Positions 31,191 to 44,478 of a stretch of DNA of 64,000 bases are shown here, in pieces. Each line of letters begins with the position of its first letter. The first letter of the stretch is position 1. Below the pieces are notes generated by a model. That model ran no database searches and had not been told where the DNA came from. It saw only the letters and a list, made by a program, of their open reading frames with translations. The DNA comes from Candidatus Eiseniibacteriota bacterium (GTDB taxonomy: Bacteria > Eisenbacteria > RBG-16-71-46), in contig JBGAML010000009.1 of assembly GCA_044223005.1 (NCBI GenBank), positions 64,001 to 128,000 of the forward strand. Reading direction: 5' to 3'. Both the position numbers and the translations under genes were made by a program.

Positions 31191-34067
31191 ATGCTCTTGA
31201 ACGCCAGACGCTTCTTCGCAGCCACGATGGTTGCCTGCGTGATGCTGGCGGTCGCGGTCCCCGCGCACGCCCAGACCAAGCCGGCGCCCAAGCCGGCTCC
31301 CAAGTCGACCGCACCTGCGGCCAAGCCGGCGACTCCCGCGGCGAAGCCCGCGACGCCGGCGCCCGCGACCGCGCGACCCGCGACGCCCGCTGCGACGCCC
31401 GCGCGTCCTGCGGCTCCCGCGGCTCCGGCGGCCGGCGCCACCGGCAAGATCGCCGGGCGAGTCATGGAACACGGTTCGCCGCTCGGCTACGCGAACGTGA
31501 TCGTGCTCGGCACCAAGCAGGGCGCGGCCTCCGACGAGAACGGCAACTTCGTCATCGCCGGCGTTCCCGTGGGCACGTACCAGGTGAAGATGATCGCGAC
31601 CGGCTACGACCCCGTGATCCAGCAGGTGCAGGTGAACGCGGGCCAGACCGCGAGCCTGACCTTCACCGTGGGCGCCTCCAAGACGGTGAAGACGCTCGAG
31701 GAGATCGAGGTCCGGGCCGAGAAGAAGATCGACACCAAGTCCTCGACCACGAAGCAGACGATCAACTCCGAGAAGCTGCAGGAGATCCCGGTCGACAACC
31801 TGAGCCAGGCCGTCGCCACCAAGGCCGGCATCGTGGCGCAGGGCGGCGAGCTGCACTTCCGCGGCGGCCGTGGCGGTGAGGTGAAGTACCAGTTCGACGG
31901 CGTCGAGGCCACCGACCCGGCCTTCGGCGGCAGCGCGAACATCGCGACCCTCGCGGTCGCTGGCGCCGACGTGCTCTCGGGCGGGTTCGACGCCGAGTAC
32001 GGCAATGCGCTTTCGGGCGTCATCAGCGTGACCACGAAGGAAGGCTCGGACCACTTCAGCGGCGACGTCCGCTGGGACACCGACCGCTACGGCGACCCGA
32101 CCAAGACCTTCGACGACTTCGACAAGTTCACGTTCGGGTTCGGCGGCCCGACGCCCATCAAGAACCTGACCTACTTCGCGACCTACGAGGGCACGTTCGC
32201 GAACGCGTATCCGCGTTCGAACCTGACGCAGCCGCGCCGCACGCTGCTGGACTTCGTCCAGTTCGGCAACCGCGCGAACAACCAGGTGAACACGAACTTC
32301 AAGCTCGCGTACCGCGTGAACACCAAGAACAAGGTCACGTTCGAGACCATCAACAACCACACGATCAGCACGGCGTACAACCACATGTGGAGCCGCAAGG
32401 GCTACGTGCAGGTCCTGTTCGACACCACGCGTGTCGTGGGGCAGCCCGACAAGATCACGCCCCGCTACGGCTCGTGGTCGCCGACGCAGGTCGACTCGAC
32501 CTACTCGGCGATGAACATGGCCGACCACTACCCGACGTTGGACGACCGCTTCCAGCAGTTCACGAGCGTGTGGACGAACCAGCTGTCGGACAAGAGCGTG
32601 TGGACCACCCGCGTGTCGAACCTGAACTTCCACACGCTCTACTCGGTGGGGCAGAAGGAGCCGTGGGAGTACGACACGCAGAGCCCGTTCTACTGGAACG
32701 GCAACCTCGCGTACGGCACGGAGAACAACCCGTACTTCGCGACGCACGGCGACTACCCGGTGTACTTCAACCGCAACACGCAGGTCTGGAACGTGAAGAG
32801 TGACTTCACCACGCGTCGCTGGAAGCAGCACACGGTCAAGACCGGCCTCGAGGGCAAGTACAACCGCGTCCAGAACCTCTCGCTCAACTCGCCCAACGGC
32901 GAGTCGAACGGCCTGCCCGGTGGCACGCGCTCGGACTACGTGAACTACAACCCCGAGGGCGCCGCGTACGTGCAGGACCGGTGGGAGTTCGAAGGCCTCG
33001 TTCTCAACGCCGGCATCCGCTACGACCTGTTCACGCCGGGCCAGCAGATCGCCCTCGTGGACCTGCCCAGCGGCCGCCGCTACAAGCAGCAGTTCAGCCC
33101 GCGCCTCGGCATCGCCTACCCGGTGTCGGATCGCGACGTGCTGAGCTTCCACTACGGCTGGACGTACCAGACGCCCGCGCGCTCGTTCGTCTTCGAGAAC
33201 CGCGGCATCAGCTCGTCGGTGGGCATCAAGGGCAACCCGGACCTCGAGCCAGAAACCAACATCGCCTACCAGGCCGGCGTGCAGCACCTCTTCTCGCGCG
33301 ACATCTCGGGCCAGTTCTCGGTGTTCTTCAAGGACATCTACGGCCTGATCACGACGCGCCAGGAGCGTGACGACAGCGGCAACCTGGTCAACGTGTACTT
33401 CAACGGCGATTACGCGTCGGCGCGCGGCTTCGAGGCGAGTCTCTCGAAGAGCTTCAGCCACAAGTTCTCGGCCGACATCAACTACACGTACTCGATCGCC
33501 ACGGGCGTCGCGTCGGACCCGAACCAGGCGCTCCAGTTCTTCAACGGCGGCGTGCTCTACCTGCCGATTTCGGAGCAGCCGCTCGACTGGGACCAGCGCA
33601 ACACGATCAGCCTGAACGCGACGATCCGCGATCCCGGCAAGTGGGGCTTCCGCATGCTGTGGACGTACGGCTCGGGCTTCCCGTTCACGCCGACGTTCCG
33701 CAATGACCGCCGTCCGGATCCGGTGCTCAACAACTCGCGGCGCATGCCGTCCGAGTCGCGCCTGACGATCGACGGTGACAAGTACTACAAGGTGTGGGGC
33801 CAGAACGTGACCCTGTTCGTCGACGCCCGCAACGTGCTCGATGCGAAGAACATCGCCAGCCTGAGCGTGGGTTCGTACCCGAACCCGAACGTGAACACGG
33901 CCGGTGGCGACGACTACATGATCTACTACACGGAGACCGGCCGTGCGGGTGGCGCGTACCTGCAGGACCTCAACGGTGACGGCGTGCCCGACTGGGTGCC
34001 GGTGCACGATCCGCGGGTGTTCGAGGAAGGGCGCAGCGTGCGCATGGGCGTGAGCATCGCGTTCTAG
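31191..34067 (+). CDS. TonB-dependent receptor with Pro/Ala-rich N-terminus and carboxypeptidase-regulatory-like domain
   Basis: Signal peptide; GKIAGRV...GAASDENGNFVI..VPVGTY; plug LHFRGGR..EVKYQFDG and GGFDAEYGNALSGVI; FSPRLGIAY; GNPDLEPE; C-terminal RMGVSIAF. Confidence 0.92.
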   Translation: MLLNARRFFAATMVACVMLAVAVPAHAQTKPAPKPAPKSTAPAAKPATPAAKPATPAPATARPATPAATPARPAAPAAPAAGATGKIAGRVMEHGSPLGYANVIVLGTKQGAASDENGNFVIAGVPVGTYQVKMIATGYDPVIQQVQVNAGQTASLTFTVGASKTVKTLEEIEVRAEKKIDTKSSTTKQTINSEKLQEIPVDNLSQAVATKAGIVAQGGELHFRGGRGGEVKYQFDGVEATDPAFGGSANIATLAVAGADVLSGGFDAEYGNALSGVISVTTKEGSDHFSGDVRWDTDRYGDPTKTFDDFDKFTFGFGGPTPIKNLTYFATYEGTFANAYPRSNLTQPRRTLLDFVQFGNRANNQVNTNFKLAYRVNTKNKVTFETINNHTISTAYNHMWSRKGYVQVLFDTTRVVGQPDKITPRYGSWSPTQVDSTYSAMNMADHYPTLDDRFQQFTSVWTNQLSDKSVWTTRVSNLNFHTLYSVGQKEPWEYDTQSPFYWNGNLAYGTENNPYFATHGDYPVYFNRNTQVWNVKSDFTTRRWKQHTVKTGLEGKYNRVQNLSLNSPNGESNGLPGGTRSDYVNYNPEGAAYVQDRWEFEGLVLNAGIRYDLFTPGQQIALVDLPSGRRYKQQFSPRLGIAYPVSDRDVLSFHYGWTYQTPARSFVFENRGISSSVGIKGNPDLEPETNIAYQAGVQHLFSRDISGQFSVFFKDIYGLITTRQERDDSGNLVNVYFNGDYASARGFEASLSKSFSHKFSADINYTYSIATGVASDPNQALQFFNGGVLYLPISEQPLDWDQRNTISLNATIRDPGKWGFRMLWTYGSGFPFTPTFRNDRRPDPVLNNSRRMPSESRLTIDGDKYYKVWGQNVTLFVDARNVLDAKNIASLSVGSYPNPNVNTAGGDDYMIYYTETGRAGGAYLQDLNGDGVPDWVPVHDPRVFEEGRSVRMGVSIAF

Positions 34068-34083
34068 CGGCGGACTGCGTCGC

Positions 34084-37014
34084 ATGAGGAGTTTCGACGA
34101 AATGAGACGAACTGACATCCGCATCGCGATGGTGGCGCTGGTCGTGGCCACGGTCGCCGCGTGGGTCGTGCCGGCGTTCGCCCACATCCAAGAGGGCGAT
34201 CCCGAGTACCAGCAGATCCAGGAGCTGGAAAAGCAACTGGCGGCGGACCGCAGTGCCACGACGATGAACTCGGGCCGGCGGCAGCGCCCGGCGGACATCC
34301 CGGACATCTTCGGTCCGGGCGCCGTGCTCACGGTCGGCAACGTGGTCATGAAGTGCACGAACTACGGTCTCGACGGCAATCCGTTCCCGGCGTTGTCGTC
34401 GGATCCGTCGGGCCAGTGGCCCGGCGCGTCCTCGGTCGAGTACCTGAACTACATCGGCATCGCGGTGGGCGCCGTGAATCCGTTCGCGACCGATCCGACC
34501 GCCGTCCGGCGCGTGAGTTCGATCACCGAGTGGCGGCCACCGACGCTGGATCCCGAGGACCGCATGTACCGGTCCTACGACGGCATCCTGAACGGCCAGC
34601 GCTACGTCAACGACGATGGCGACTTCGATCCGCTCACGGGCGAGGCGCGTATCGACGAGGACTTCCTCGACGGCCGTGACAACGACGGCGACGGCCTGAT
34701 CGACGAGGACTTCGCGGCCATCGGCCAGCAGATGTACACGTGCGTGATGCGCGACGACACGCCGGGCGCGATCAACTCGGCCGGCACCGAGCGCCACGTC
34801 CCACTGGTGATGGAGATCCAGAAGAGCGACTGGGCGTACTCGATTCCCGGGTACACCGACTTCGACGTCATCCAGTACGACATCTACAACCGCTCGGGGC
34901 ACCAGCTGGACTCGGTCGTCATCGGTATTCGCGACGACATGGACTGCGGCCCGGCGAGCGAGTCGAGCTACTGGAGCGACGACTTCAACCTGCCCTTCTA
35001 TCCGCACGGCAATTTCATCGTCCAGACCAAGGACAGCGACCTGCGCGCCCAGAAGGCGACCGATCGCACCGACGTGATCGGCGTGGCGGCCGACTCGGCG
35101 CTCTGCCCGAGCTACAAGCTGCGCGTCCAGGGCTGGTCGGTCGCGGACGACAACGGCGACAACGGCAAGACGAAGGGTATCGGCAGCATCCTGCTGATCG
35201 ACCACACGATCGATCCGACCGGCGCCGAAGGTCCCAGCACGGTGGGGATCCGCTCCTTCCGTTCGTTCACCGGCGGTACGCCCTACGGCCAGGGTGGTGC
35301 GCCGACGATCGACCAGCAGCGCTTCGAGTCCATGACGGGCAACGAGAACATCGACCCGGTGACCGGGTTCATCACGCTGCCCACGGGTGACCAGAAGGGC
35401 GACTACTCGGAATGGGTGTCGTTCGGGCCCTGGCTGCACCTGCCGGACGGCGGGCACCTCACCCTCACGCTCGCGTTCGCGGTCGCGCTCGGTCAGTACG
35501 AGAAGGTGACCAACTACACCTCGGACTACGACCGTGCGGTCGACCAGGCCGCGGGCGCCGTCACGAACGGTGCGGAACTCCTCGCGAAGTATCCGTCGCT
35601 CGAGAACGCGCTCGCCGCCCAGATCGCCTTCGAGGGCGCGTACGAAGTGCGTGTGTGGCCCTGGCTGACCAACAGCTACGGCCGCGAGACCAAGCTCAAG
35701 GTGCCGCGCGGTGGCGGTACGATCTTCAAGAAGGACTGCCGCGACCAGGTCGAGCGTCCGGTCGGCGAGAACCAGTACGAGTGGTTCGACTTCGATTGCG
35801 ACTACTGCACGGGCGCCTTCTCCAAGTCCAAGGGCGGCCTGTTCCACCGCTCGTGGCTGGCCGAAGCGCCGCCGCCGAGCCCGGCGACGAACCTGGCGAC
35901 GACCTACAACTACACCGACAATCCGGACCGCCGCTTCATCGCCGCCGGCAACAACGTGGTGACGCTGGCGTGGGACAACCTGTCCGAGGTGACGCCGGAT
36001 CCCAAGTCGGGCCAGTTCGACTTCCGCGGCTACAAGATCTGGAAGGTCGCCAACTGGCAGCGGCCCGTGGGCGCCGGTGGCCCCTACGAGGACGACTGGA
36101 CGCTGCTCTCGGAGTACCGGCTGTTCGACCACGCGGCGACGAACGCGATCCGTCCGTGCCCGCCCGAGAGCATCGGCCCGGGCAAGCCGTGCGGTACCGG
36201 CGTCGCGCCGGGCGACACGCTGTGGCCGGTGGTGTTCGTGCCGCAGACGGGCCAGTACAAGACCCTCAAGCTCTACAACGGCGACCTGTGGGACAAGCAG
36301 AGCGGCACGGTCCTGCACCCGGATCCGACGGTGAACTGCACCAACTGGCCGGACTGCAAGACGGTCCTCGGCTACCCGCTCGGCCTCACGACGGGTGCGC
36401 AGATCTCGCGCACCCAGTACCCGGTCGGTCGCTGGCACGTCGAAGACCACCAGGTGAAGAACGGCTTCGTCTACTTCTACTCGGTCACCGCGTTCGACTC
36501 GACCGGCCAGGGCCTTACGCTGGCCGAGCTCAACAGCCGCCGTTCGGCGGTCGAGGCCGACGGTGTCGTGCCGCAGGCCGCGGCCGACACGGTGAACAAG
36601 GGTTCGAAGGTCTGGGTGGTCCCGAATCCGTACCGCGGGGTCAAGCAGATCAAGGACCGTCCGTCGACCTGGGACCTGACGCCGAACGCGTCGGACCCGA
36701 CGGGCACGCACGTCGACTTCCTCGGCCTGCCGCGCGGGGAGTGGGCGATCAAGATCTTCACCGTCTCGGGTGACCTGGTCCAGACGCTCCATTCGTACGA
36801 TGCCGTGAACGAGTCGATTCGCAGCTCGGTGACGGACAACGAAGGCCAGACGCATCCGGGTTACAATCGCCAGTCCGACAACTACAACGACGGCGAAGCG
36901 CGCTGGAACCTGATCTCGCGCAACGGGCAGGACGTCGTCAGTGGTATCTACCTGTTCACCGTCGAAGTGGGCGGGAGCGTCAAGCACCGCGGCAAGTTCG
37001 TCATCATCCGCTAG
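34084..37014 (+). CDS. Large secreted protein with DxDGDG Ca-binding repeats, FN3-like segment and T9SS-CTD/FlgD-like C-terminal domain
   Basis: Signal peptide; DGRDNDGDGLIDED; AGNNVVTLAWD...FRGYKIW...VKNGFVYFYSVTAFD; tail VWVVPNPY...IKIFTVSGDLV...WNLISRNGQDVVSGIYLFTV...GKFVIIR. Confidence 0.82.
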   Translation: MRSFDEMRRTDIRIAMVALVVATVAAWVVPAFAHIQEGDPEYQQIQELEKQLAADRSATTMNSGRRQRPADIPDIFGPGAVLTVGNVVMKCTNYGLDGNPFPALSSDPSGQWPGASSVEYLNYIGIAVGAVNPFATDPTAVRRVSSITEWRPPTLDPEDRMYRSYDGILNGQRYVNDDGDFDPLTGEARIDEDFLDGRDNDGDGLIDEDFAAIGQQMYTCVMRDDTPGAINSAGTERHVPLVMEIQKSDWAYSIPGYTDFDVIQYDIYNRSGHQLDSVVIGIRDDMDCGPASESSYWSDDFNLPFYPHGNFIVQTKDSDLRAQKATDRTDVIGVAADSALCPSYKLRVQGWSVADDNGDNGKTKGIGSILLIDHTIDPTGAEGPSTVGIRSFRSFTGGTPYGQGGAPTIDQQRFESMTGNENIDPVTGFITLPTGDQKGDYSEWVSFGPWLHLPDGGHLTLTLAFAVALGQYEKVTNYTSDYDRAVDQAAGAVTNGAELLAKYPSLENALAAQIAFEGAYEVRVWPWLTNSYGRETKLKVPRGGGTIFKKDCRDQVERPVGENQYEWFDFDCDYCTGAFSKSKGGLFHRSWLAEAPPPSPATNLATTYNYTDNPDRRFIAAGNNVVTLAWDNLSEVTPDPKSGQFDFRGYKIWKVANWQRPVGAGGPYEDDWTLLSEYRLFDHAATNAIRPCPPESIGPGKPCGTGVAPGDTLWPVVFVPQTGQYKTLKLYNGDLWDKQSGTVLHPDPTVNCTNWPDCKTVLGYPLGLTTGAQISRTQYPVGRWHVEDHQVKNGFVYFYSVTAFDSTGQGLTLAELNSRRSAVEADGVVPQAAADTVNKGSKVWVVPNPYRGVKQIKDRPSTWDLTPNASDPTGTHVDFLGLPRGEWAIKIFTVSGDLVQTLHSYDAVNESIRSSVTDNEGQTHPGYNRQSDNYNDGEARWNLISRNGQDVVSGIYLFTVEVGGSVKHRGKFVIIR

Positions 37015-37038
37015 CGGCGAGCTGAAGGAGGAGGAATC

Positions 37039-37983
37039 GTGAAGAGATGGATCGCGGCGGTGGCCCTTGCCGGTGTGCTGGTGCCGGGACTGGCTCACTC
37101 CGCCAATATCTTCGAGAAGGTCGGTACGTTCGACGGGCAGTTCCTCAAGATCGACGTCGGCGCGCGCGGCTCCGCGATGGGCGGGGCGTTCGTGGCCGTC
37201 GCGGATGACGCCACCGCGCTCTACTGGAACGCGGCCGGCATCGCCCGCATCGACGCCGACAAGTCGGAGCTGTCGCTGAACCACGCGAACTGGCCCGCCG
37301 AGCTGTCGTTCGACCAGATCGGGTACGTCTTCCACCTGAAGAAGATCCCGGGTGCGTTCGGCGTGCACGCGCGGGCGCTGTCGATGTCCCCGATGGACGA
37401 GACGACTGCCTACCAGCCGTACGGTACCGGCCGCACGTTCGACGCGGGCATGATGGCGTTCGGCTTCACGTATGCGCGCTCGTTCACCGACAAGTTCAGC
37501 GCGGGTGTCACGGCGAACGTGCTCCACGAAGGACTCGCCGACTACAACGTGCAGACGATGTCGTTCGACGTCGGTACGCTCTACGACGTGGGTACGGCCG
37601 GCATGAAGATCGGCATGGCGATCTCGAACATCGGGTCCGAAATGCAGTTCATCGACCGCAGCGCGCGCATCCCCGCGATCTTCCGCGTGGGCACGTCGGC
37701 GACGCTGCTGTCGAACCCGGACCAGAAGCTCGTCGGCTCGTTCGAGTTCTCGCATCCGCCGGACAACTCCGAGCGCATGAACGTCGGTGGCGAGTACTCG
37801 TTCCACAAGTACCTGTTCCTGCGTGGCGGCTACAACCTGAACTACGACTCGCAGGGCCTCGCCGCGGGCGTGGGCTTCCACTTCCCGGTGTCGGTCGCGG
37901 GCATGGCGGATCTCGACTATGCCTACACCGACATGCTGGACCTGGGCGCCGCGCACCGCTTCTCGCTCAAGTTCCAGTTCTGA
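37039..37983 (+). CDS. PorV/PorQ-family (UPF0164-like) outer-membrane beta-barrel
   Basis: FLKIDVGARGSAMGGAFVAVADDATALYWNAAG, GGEY...LRGGY, DYAY.D..DLG..HRFSL. GTG start after GGAGGAGG. Confidence 0.85.
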   Translation: MKRWIAAVALAGVLVPGLAHSANIFEKVGTFDGQFLKIDVGARGSAMGGAFVAVADDATALYWNAAGIARIDADKSELSLNHANWPAELSFDQIGYVFHLKKIPGAFGVHARALSMSPMDETTAYQPYGTGRTFDAGMMAFGFTYARSFTDKFSAGVTANVLHEGLADYNVQTMSFDVGTLYDVGTAGMKIGMAISNIGSEMQFIDRSARIPAIFRVGTSATLLSNPDQKLVGSFEFSHPPDNSERMNVGGEYSFHKYLFLRGGYNLNYDSQGLAAGVGFHFPVSVAGMADLDYAYTDMLDLGAAHRFSLKFQF

Positions 37984-38018
37984 GGCGGCCACGGAACTCC
38001 TCCTCCGCTCCGCTTCGA

Positions 38019-38052
38019 GATCGGCGCGCTCCCGCTCGGGGGCGCGCCGATC
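38019..38052 (+). terminator. 15-bp hairpin after the PorV-like gene
   Basis: GATCGGCGCGCTCCC-GCTC-GGGGGCGCGCCGATC (one G-U pair); no strong U tract. Confidence 0.5.
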
Positions 38053-38056
38053 GTGC

Positions 38057-39496
38057 ATTGCGGCGCTGATCGCCGCGGCACTGGCCGTCGCGGCTCCGGC
38101 GGCGCGGGCCGAGCGCATGGAAAGCGATCCGCCCTGGCGAGCGGGAGGGGGCGTCGCCTTCAGCGTCGATGCGATCGCCATGCCCGATTCCACCGCGGGT
38201 TCGCTCGATCTCTCGATCCGCGTACCGCCCGCGACGATCGCCAAGCTGTGGCGGGCCGAGGACGGCTCCGCGAAGCTCCACCTGGAAGCGGTCGTGAAGG
38301 GCCGTCCCGTCGGGACGCGGCGCTCCGAGCAGGACATCGTGCTGGCTGCCGGAGACTCCGTCCTCGGCTACGGCAAGGTGCTGGCGATGCGGTTCGCGGC
38401 GCCCGCCGGCCGGTACGACGTACGCGTCCGTCTCGTCGACATGCTCTCGCACAAGCGCGGCATCGCCCTGCGCACCGAGGACACGCACGAGGCCTCCGCG
38501 GTCTCGGGCACCGTCATCGTCCCGGCGCCTCAGGCCGGGAGGGACTTGTCGGGGATCCAGTTCACCTGGCCGGAGCCCCGCGGCGGTGGTTCGCTCGCGT
38601 TCGTGCGCAACGGCCGCATGTCCGTGCCGAATCCGGACCGTCTCTACGGCCTGTTCGCCGAGCATCTGAGCGCGCGGTTCGTCGCCCGCGCGCGCAGCGC
38701 GACCGACGTGCGCCCGTGGCACTGGGTGGCGCGCGTGTTCGACTCGCAGGGCCAGGGCGTGGCGCAGCACGAGACGACGACGGTGGCCACCGCGGTGCTC
38801 GACGCCGAAGTGGCGTTCGACGTGTCGCACGAGCCCGCCGGCGCCTACTCGCTCGAGATCAAGGCGTGGCAGGACGGCGACGCCGGAGCGCTCGTGCGCC
38901 GCGGCATCTTCAGCATCGGCTGGCAGAAGGACACGTGGCTCCGCAGCGCGGTGGACATCGCCGACGACGCGCACTTCCTGCTCAGCGCCGACGAGGAGCA
39001 GGACTTCGTCGTCATGCCGCCGGGGCAGCAGGAGCGGCTGCTGCAGGACTTCTGGTCCCAGCGCGATCCGTCGCCCGAGACGGCCGAGAACGAGGCGTAC
39101 GAGACGTTCGTGCGCCGCGTCGAGCACGCGAACGAGGTCTTCTCGCGCACGGGCGTGGGCAAGGGCATGTTTTCGGACATGGGCCGCGTCTACATCCGCT
39201 ACGGCGAGCCCACCGAGGTGCTCAAGCAGGTGATGCCGGCCGGCAACGAGACGCTCACCGAGCAGCTGCAGTCGATCCTCAACACCGAATCGCGCAGCCC
39301 CGACGGCGTGCAGTCGCACGGCCTCGGTGGCGACCAGCGCCCGTACGAGGTGTGGGAGTACGAAGGCGAAGTGCCGCTGCCGCTCGACGTCGATCCGCAC
39401 GATCCGTCGCGTGGTCACTCGAAGCGGCGCATCCTGTTCCTGTTCGTCGACGAACAGGGCACGGGGCAGTATCGCCTGCGCTATTCGACCGAATAG
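38057..39496 (+). CDS. GWxTD-domain protein (variant GMFSD); start uncertain
   Basis: FWSQRDPSPETAENE...RRVEHANEVF...GMFSDMGRVYIRYGEP, YEVWEY, FLFVDEQGTGQYRL. Signal-peptide-like AALIAAALAVAAPAARA lies upstream of ATG 38117; the only earlier ATG is 37919. Confidence 0.8.
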   Translation: MAALIAAALAVAAPAARAERMESDPPWRAGGGVAFSVDAIAMPDSTAGSLDLSIRVPPATIAKLWRAEDGSAKLHLEAVVKGRPVGTRRSEQDIVLAAGDSVLGYGKVLAMRFAAPAGRYDVRVRLVDMLSHKRGIALRTEDTHEASAVSGTVIVPAPQAGRDLSGIQFTWPEPRGGGSLAFVRNGRMSVPNPDRLYGLFAEHLSARFVARARSATDVRPWHWVARVFDSQGQGVAQHETTTVATAVLDAEVAFDVSHEPAGAYSLEIKAWQDGDAGALVRRGIFSIGWQKDTWLRSAVDIADDAHFLLSADEEQDFVVMPPGQQERLLQDFWSQRDPSPETAENEAYETFVRRVEHANEVFSRTGVGKGMFSDMGRVYIRYGEPTEVLKQVMPAGNETLTEQLQSILNTESRSPDGVQSHGLGGDQRPYEVWEYEGEVPLPLDVDPHDPSRGHSKRRILFLFVDEQGTGQYRLRYSTE

Positions 39497-39555
39497 CGGC
39501 GACGTCCCGTTTCACTCCATTTTCCGCTGCGAATCCTCCCGCCGGGGTCGCACAC

Positions 39556-39584
39556 TTGACCGGCCCGATGCGGTTCGCCATAGT
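39556..39584 (+). promoter_or_regulatory. Putative sigma70 promoter for the glycolytic operon
   Basis: TTGACC-N17-CATAGT. Confidence 0.4.
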
Positions 39585-39665
39585 CCAATCGGATTCAGAC
39601 GGCCGCCCCACATCGTGTTTCATGCACGGTTTTCGCGGCCGCAGCGGGGGTGGAGGAGTTTCGAG

Positions 39666-41761
<2,096 letters not shown>

Positions 41762-41768
41762 GCCGGCC

Positions 41769-42985
<1,217 letters not shown>

Positions 42986-42989
<4 letters not shown>

Positions 42990-43777
42990 GCGGCTCCTGG
43001 CCTCGCCGCCCGCGGCTCGTCGCGGGCAACTGGAAGATGCACAAGACCGCGTCCGAGGGTGCGGCGCTGGCGCGCGAGTTCGTCGCGCTCCGCGCCGCGG
43101 ATCCCGCGGGCTCGAACTGCGCGATCGCGCTCTGCCCGCCGTTCCCCGCGCTCGCGGCGGTCGGCGACGCGGTGCGCGGCAGCGGCGTCCACCTCGGCGC
43201 GCAGAACATGCACGCCGAGGAGAAGGGCGCGTTCACGGGCGAGGTCTCCGGGGCGATGCTCGCCGCGGTGGGCTGCCGCTTCGTGATCCTCGGGCACTCC
43301 GAGCGCCGGCACATCATGGGCGAGACCGACGAGCAGGTGGCGAAGAAGCTGCGCGCCGCCCTGCGCGACGGGCTCACGCCCATCGTCTGCGTCGGCGAGC
43401 TGCTCGCCGAGCGCGAGGCGAACCAGACGGCGGAGGTGCTCGTGCGGCAGATCGCCGCGGCCTACGCCGGGCTGGACGCCGCGACGGCGAAGTCCACCGT
43501 GGTCGCGTACGAGCCCGTGTGGGCGATCGGCACCGGCAAGGTGGCGACGCCCGAGCAGGCGCGGGACGCGCACCGGGTCGTGCGGGCGACGCTGGACAAG
43601 GTCGTCGGCGCGGGCACGGGCACGGACGTGGCGATCCTCTACGGTGGGAGCGTCAACGCGGCCAATGCGGCGACGTTGTTCGCCGAGGACGACCTGGACG
43701 GTGCCCTGGTGGGCGGAGCGGCCCTCGAGGCCGCGTCGTTCTGGAAGATCGCCGCGGCTGCCGCGGCGGCCCGCTGA
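42986..43777 (+). CDS. tpiA: Triosephosphate isomerase
   Basis: AGNWKM, GAFTGEVS, GHSERR, AYEPVWAIGTG, LYGGSV, LVGGA. GTGA overlap. Confidence 0.97.
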
Positions 43778-43839
43778 GGGACGGAAACGGGGGTGGGCCG
43801 GGCCTCGCGCCCGGCCCGCCGGCTCCAGGCCCGGTCCCG

Positions 43840-43869
43840 TTGACGCAGGGGCGGGCCGGCTGGTAGATT
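43840..43869 (+). promoter_or_regulatory. Putative sigma70 promoter for secG/tRNA-Leu
   Basis: TTGACG-N18-TAGATT, downstream of a 9-bp hairpin at 43795-43817. Confidence 0.45.
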
Positions 43870-43924
43870 GTTCGACCGTTTCGTGCCCTGTGGGCGCGCG
43901 AGCTTCCATCTTCGTGAGGACAGC

Positions 43925-44323
43925 ATGTACGGCGTCGTTCTGGGACTTCATCTCGTCGTCTGCCTTGCCTTGGTCGGGGTCATCCTCGTCCAGTCCGGCA
44001 AGGGCGGCGGCCTCGCCGGTGGTGCATTCGGTGGTGCCACGCAGACCGTCTTCGGCGGCCGCGGTGCGACCGACTTCATCACGCGCGCGACGATCATCCT
44101 CGGCGTGACGTTCTTCGTCACCTCGTTCTCGCTCGCGCTCATGACCGCCAACGGCGGCCGTGGCGCCGGCAAGAGCCTGATGCAGGCCGAGGCCAAGCGC
44201 GCGGCGGCGGCCCAGTCCGCGCAGCCGACGCGCGGCAACATGGCGCCCCAGCAGGGCGGCCAGACGGCGCCCGCGGCGCCCGCGCCGGCCACGCCGGCTC
44301 CGGCCGCCGGAGGAACGCGCTGA
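43925..44323 (+). CDS. secG: Preprotein translocase subunit SecG
   Basis: VILVQSGKGGGLAGGAFGG, two TM helices; tpiA-secG-tRNA-Leu synteny. Confidence 0.95.
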   Translation: MYGVVLGLHLVVCLALVGVILVQSGKGGGLAGGAFGGATQTVFGGRGATDFITRATIILGVTFFVTSFSLALMTANGGRGAGKSLMQAEAKRAAAAQSAQPTRGNMAPQQGGQTAPAAPAPATPAPAAGGTR

Positions 44324-44348
44324 CGCCGGACCGAAAACGGACTTCCGT

Positions 44349-44433
<85 letters not shown>

Positions 44434-44446
44434 CGGAGATCGCAGG

Positions 44447-44478
44447 AGGCCTCGCCGACAGGCGGGGCCTTCGTGTTT
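44447..44478 (+). terminator. Rho-independent terminator after tRNA-Leu
   Basis: AGGCCTCGCC-GACA-GGCGGGGCCT followed by TCGTGTTT. Confidence 0.65.

Noticed and set aside
31275..31440. Repetitive DNA (CCCGCGACG-like units) at the start of the TBDR gene
   Set aside because: Encodes a Pro/Ala/Thr/Lys linker; no repeat-spacer structure, so not a CRISPR array.
30675..38337. Long minus-strand ORFs (1227 aa and 1455 aa)
   Set aside because: In-register antisense of strongly codon-biased plus-strand genes.
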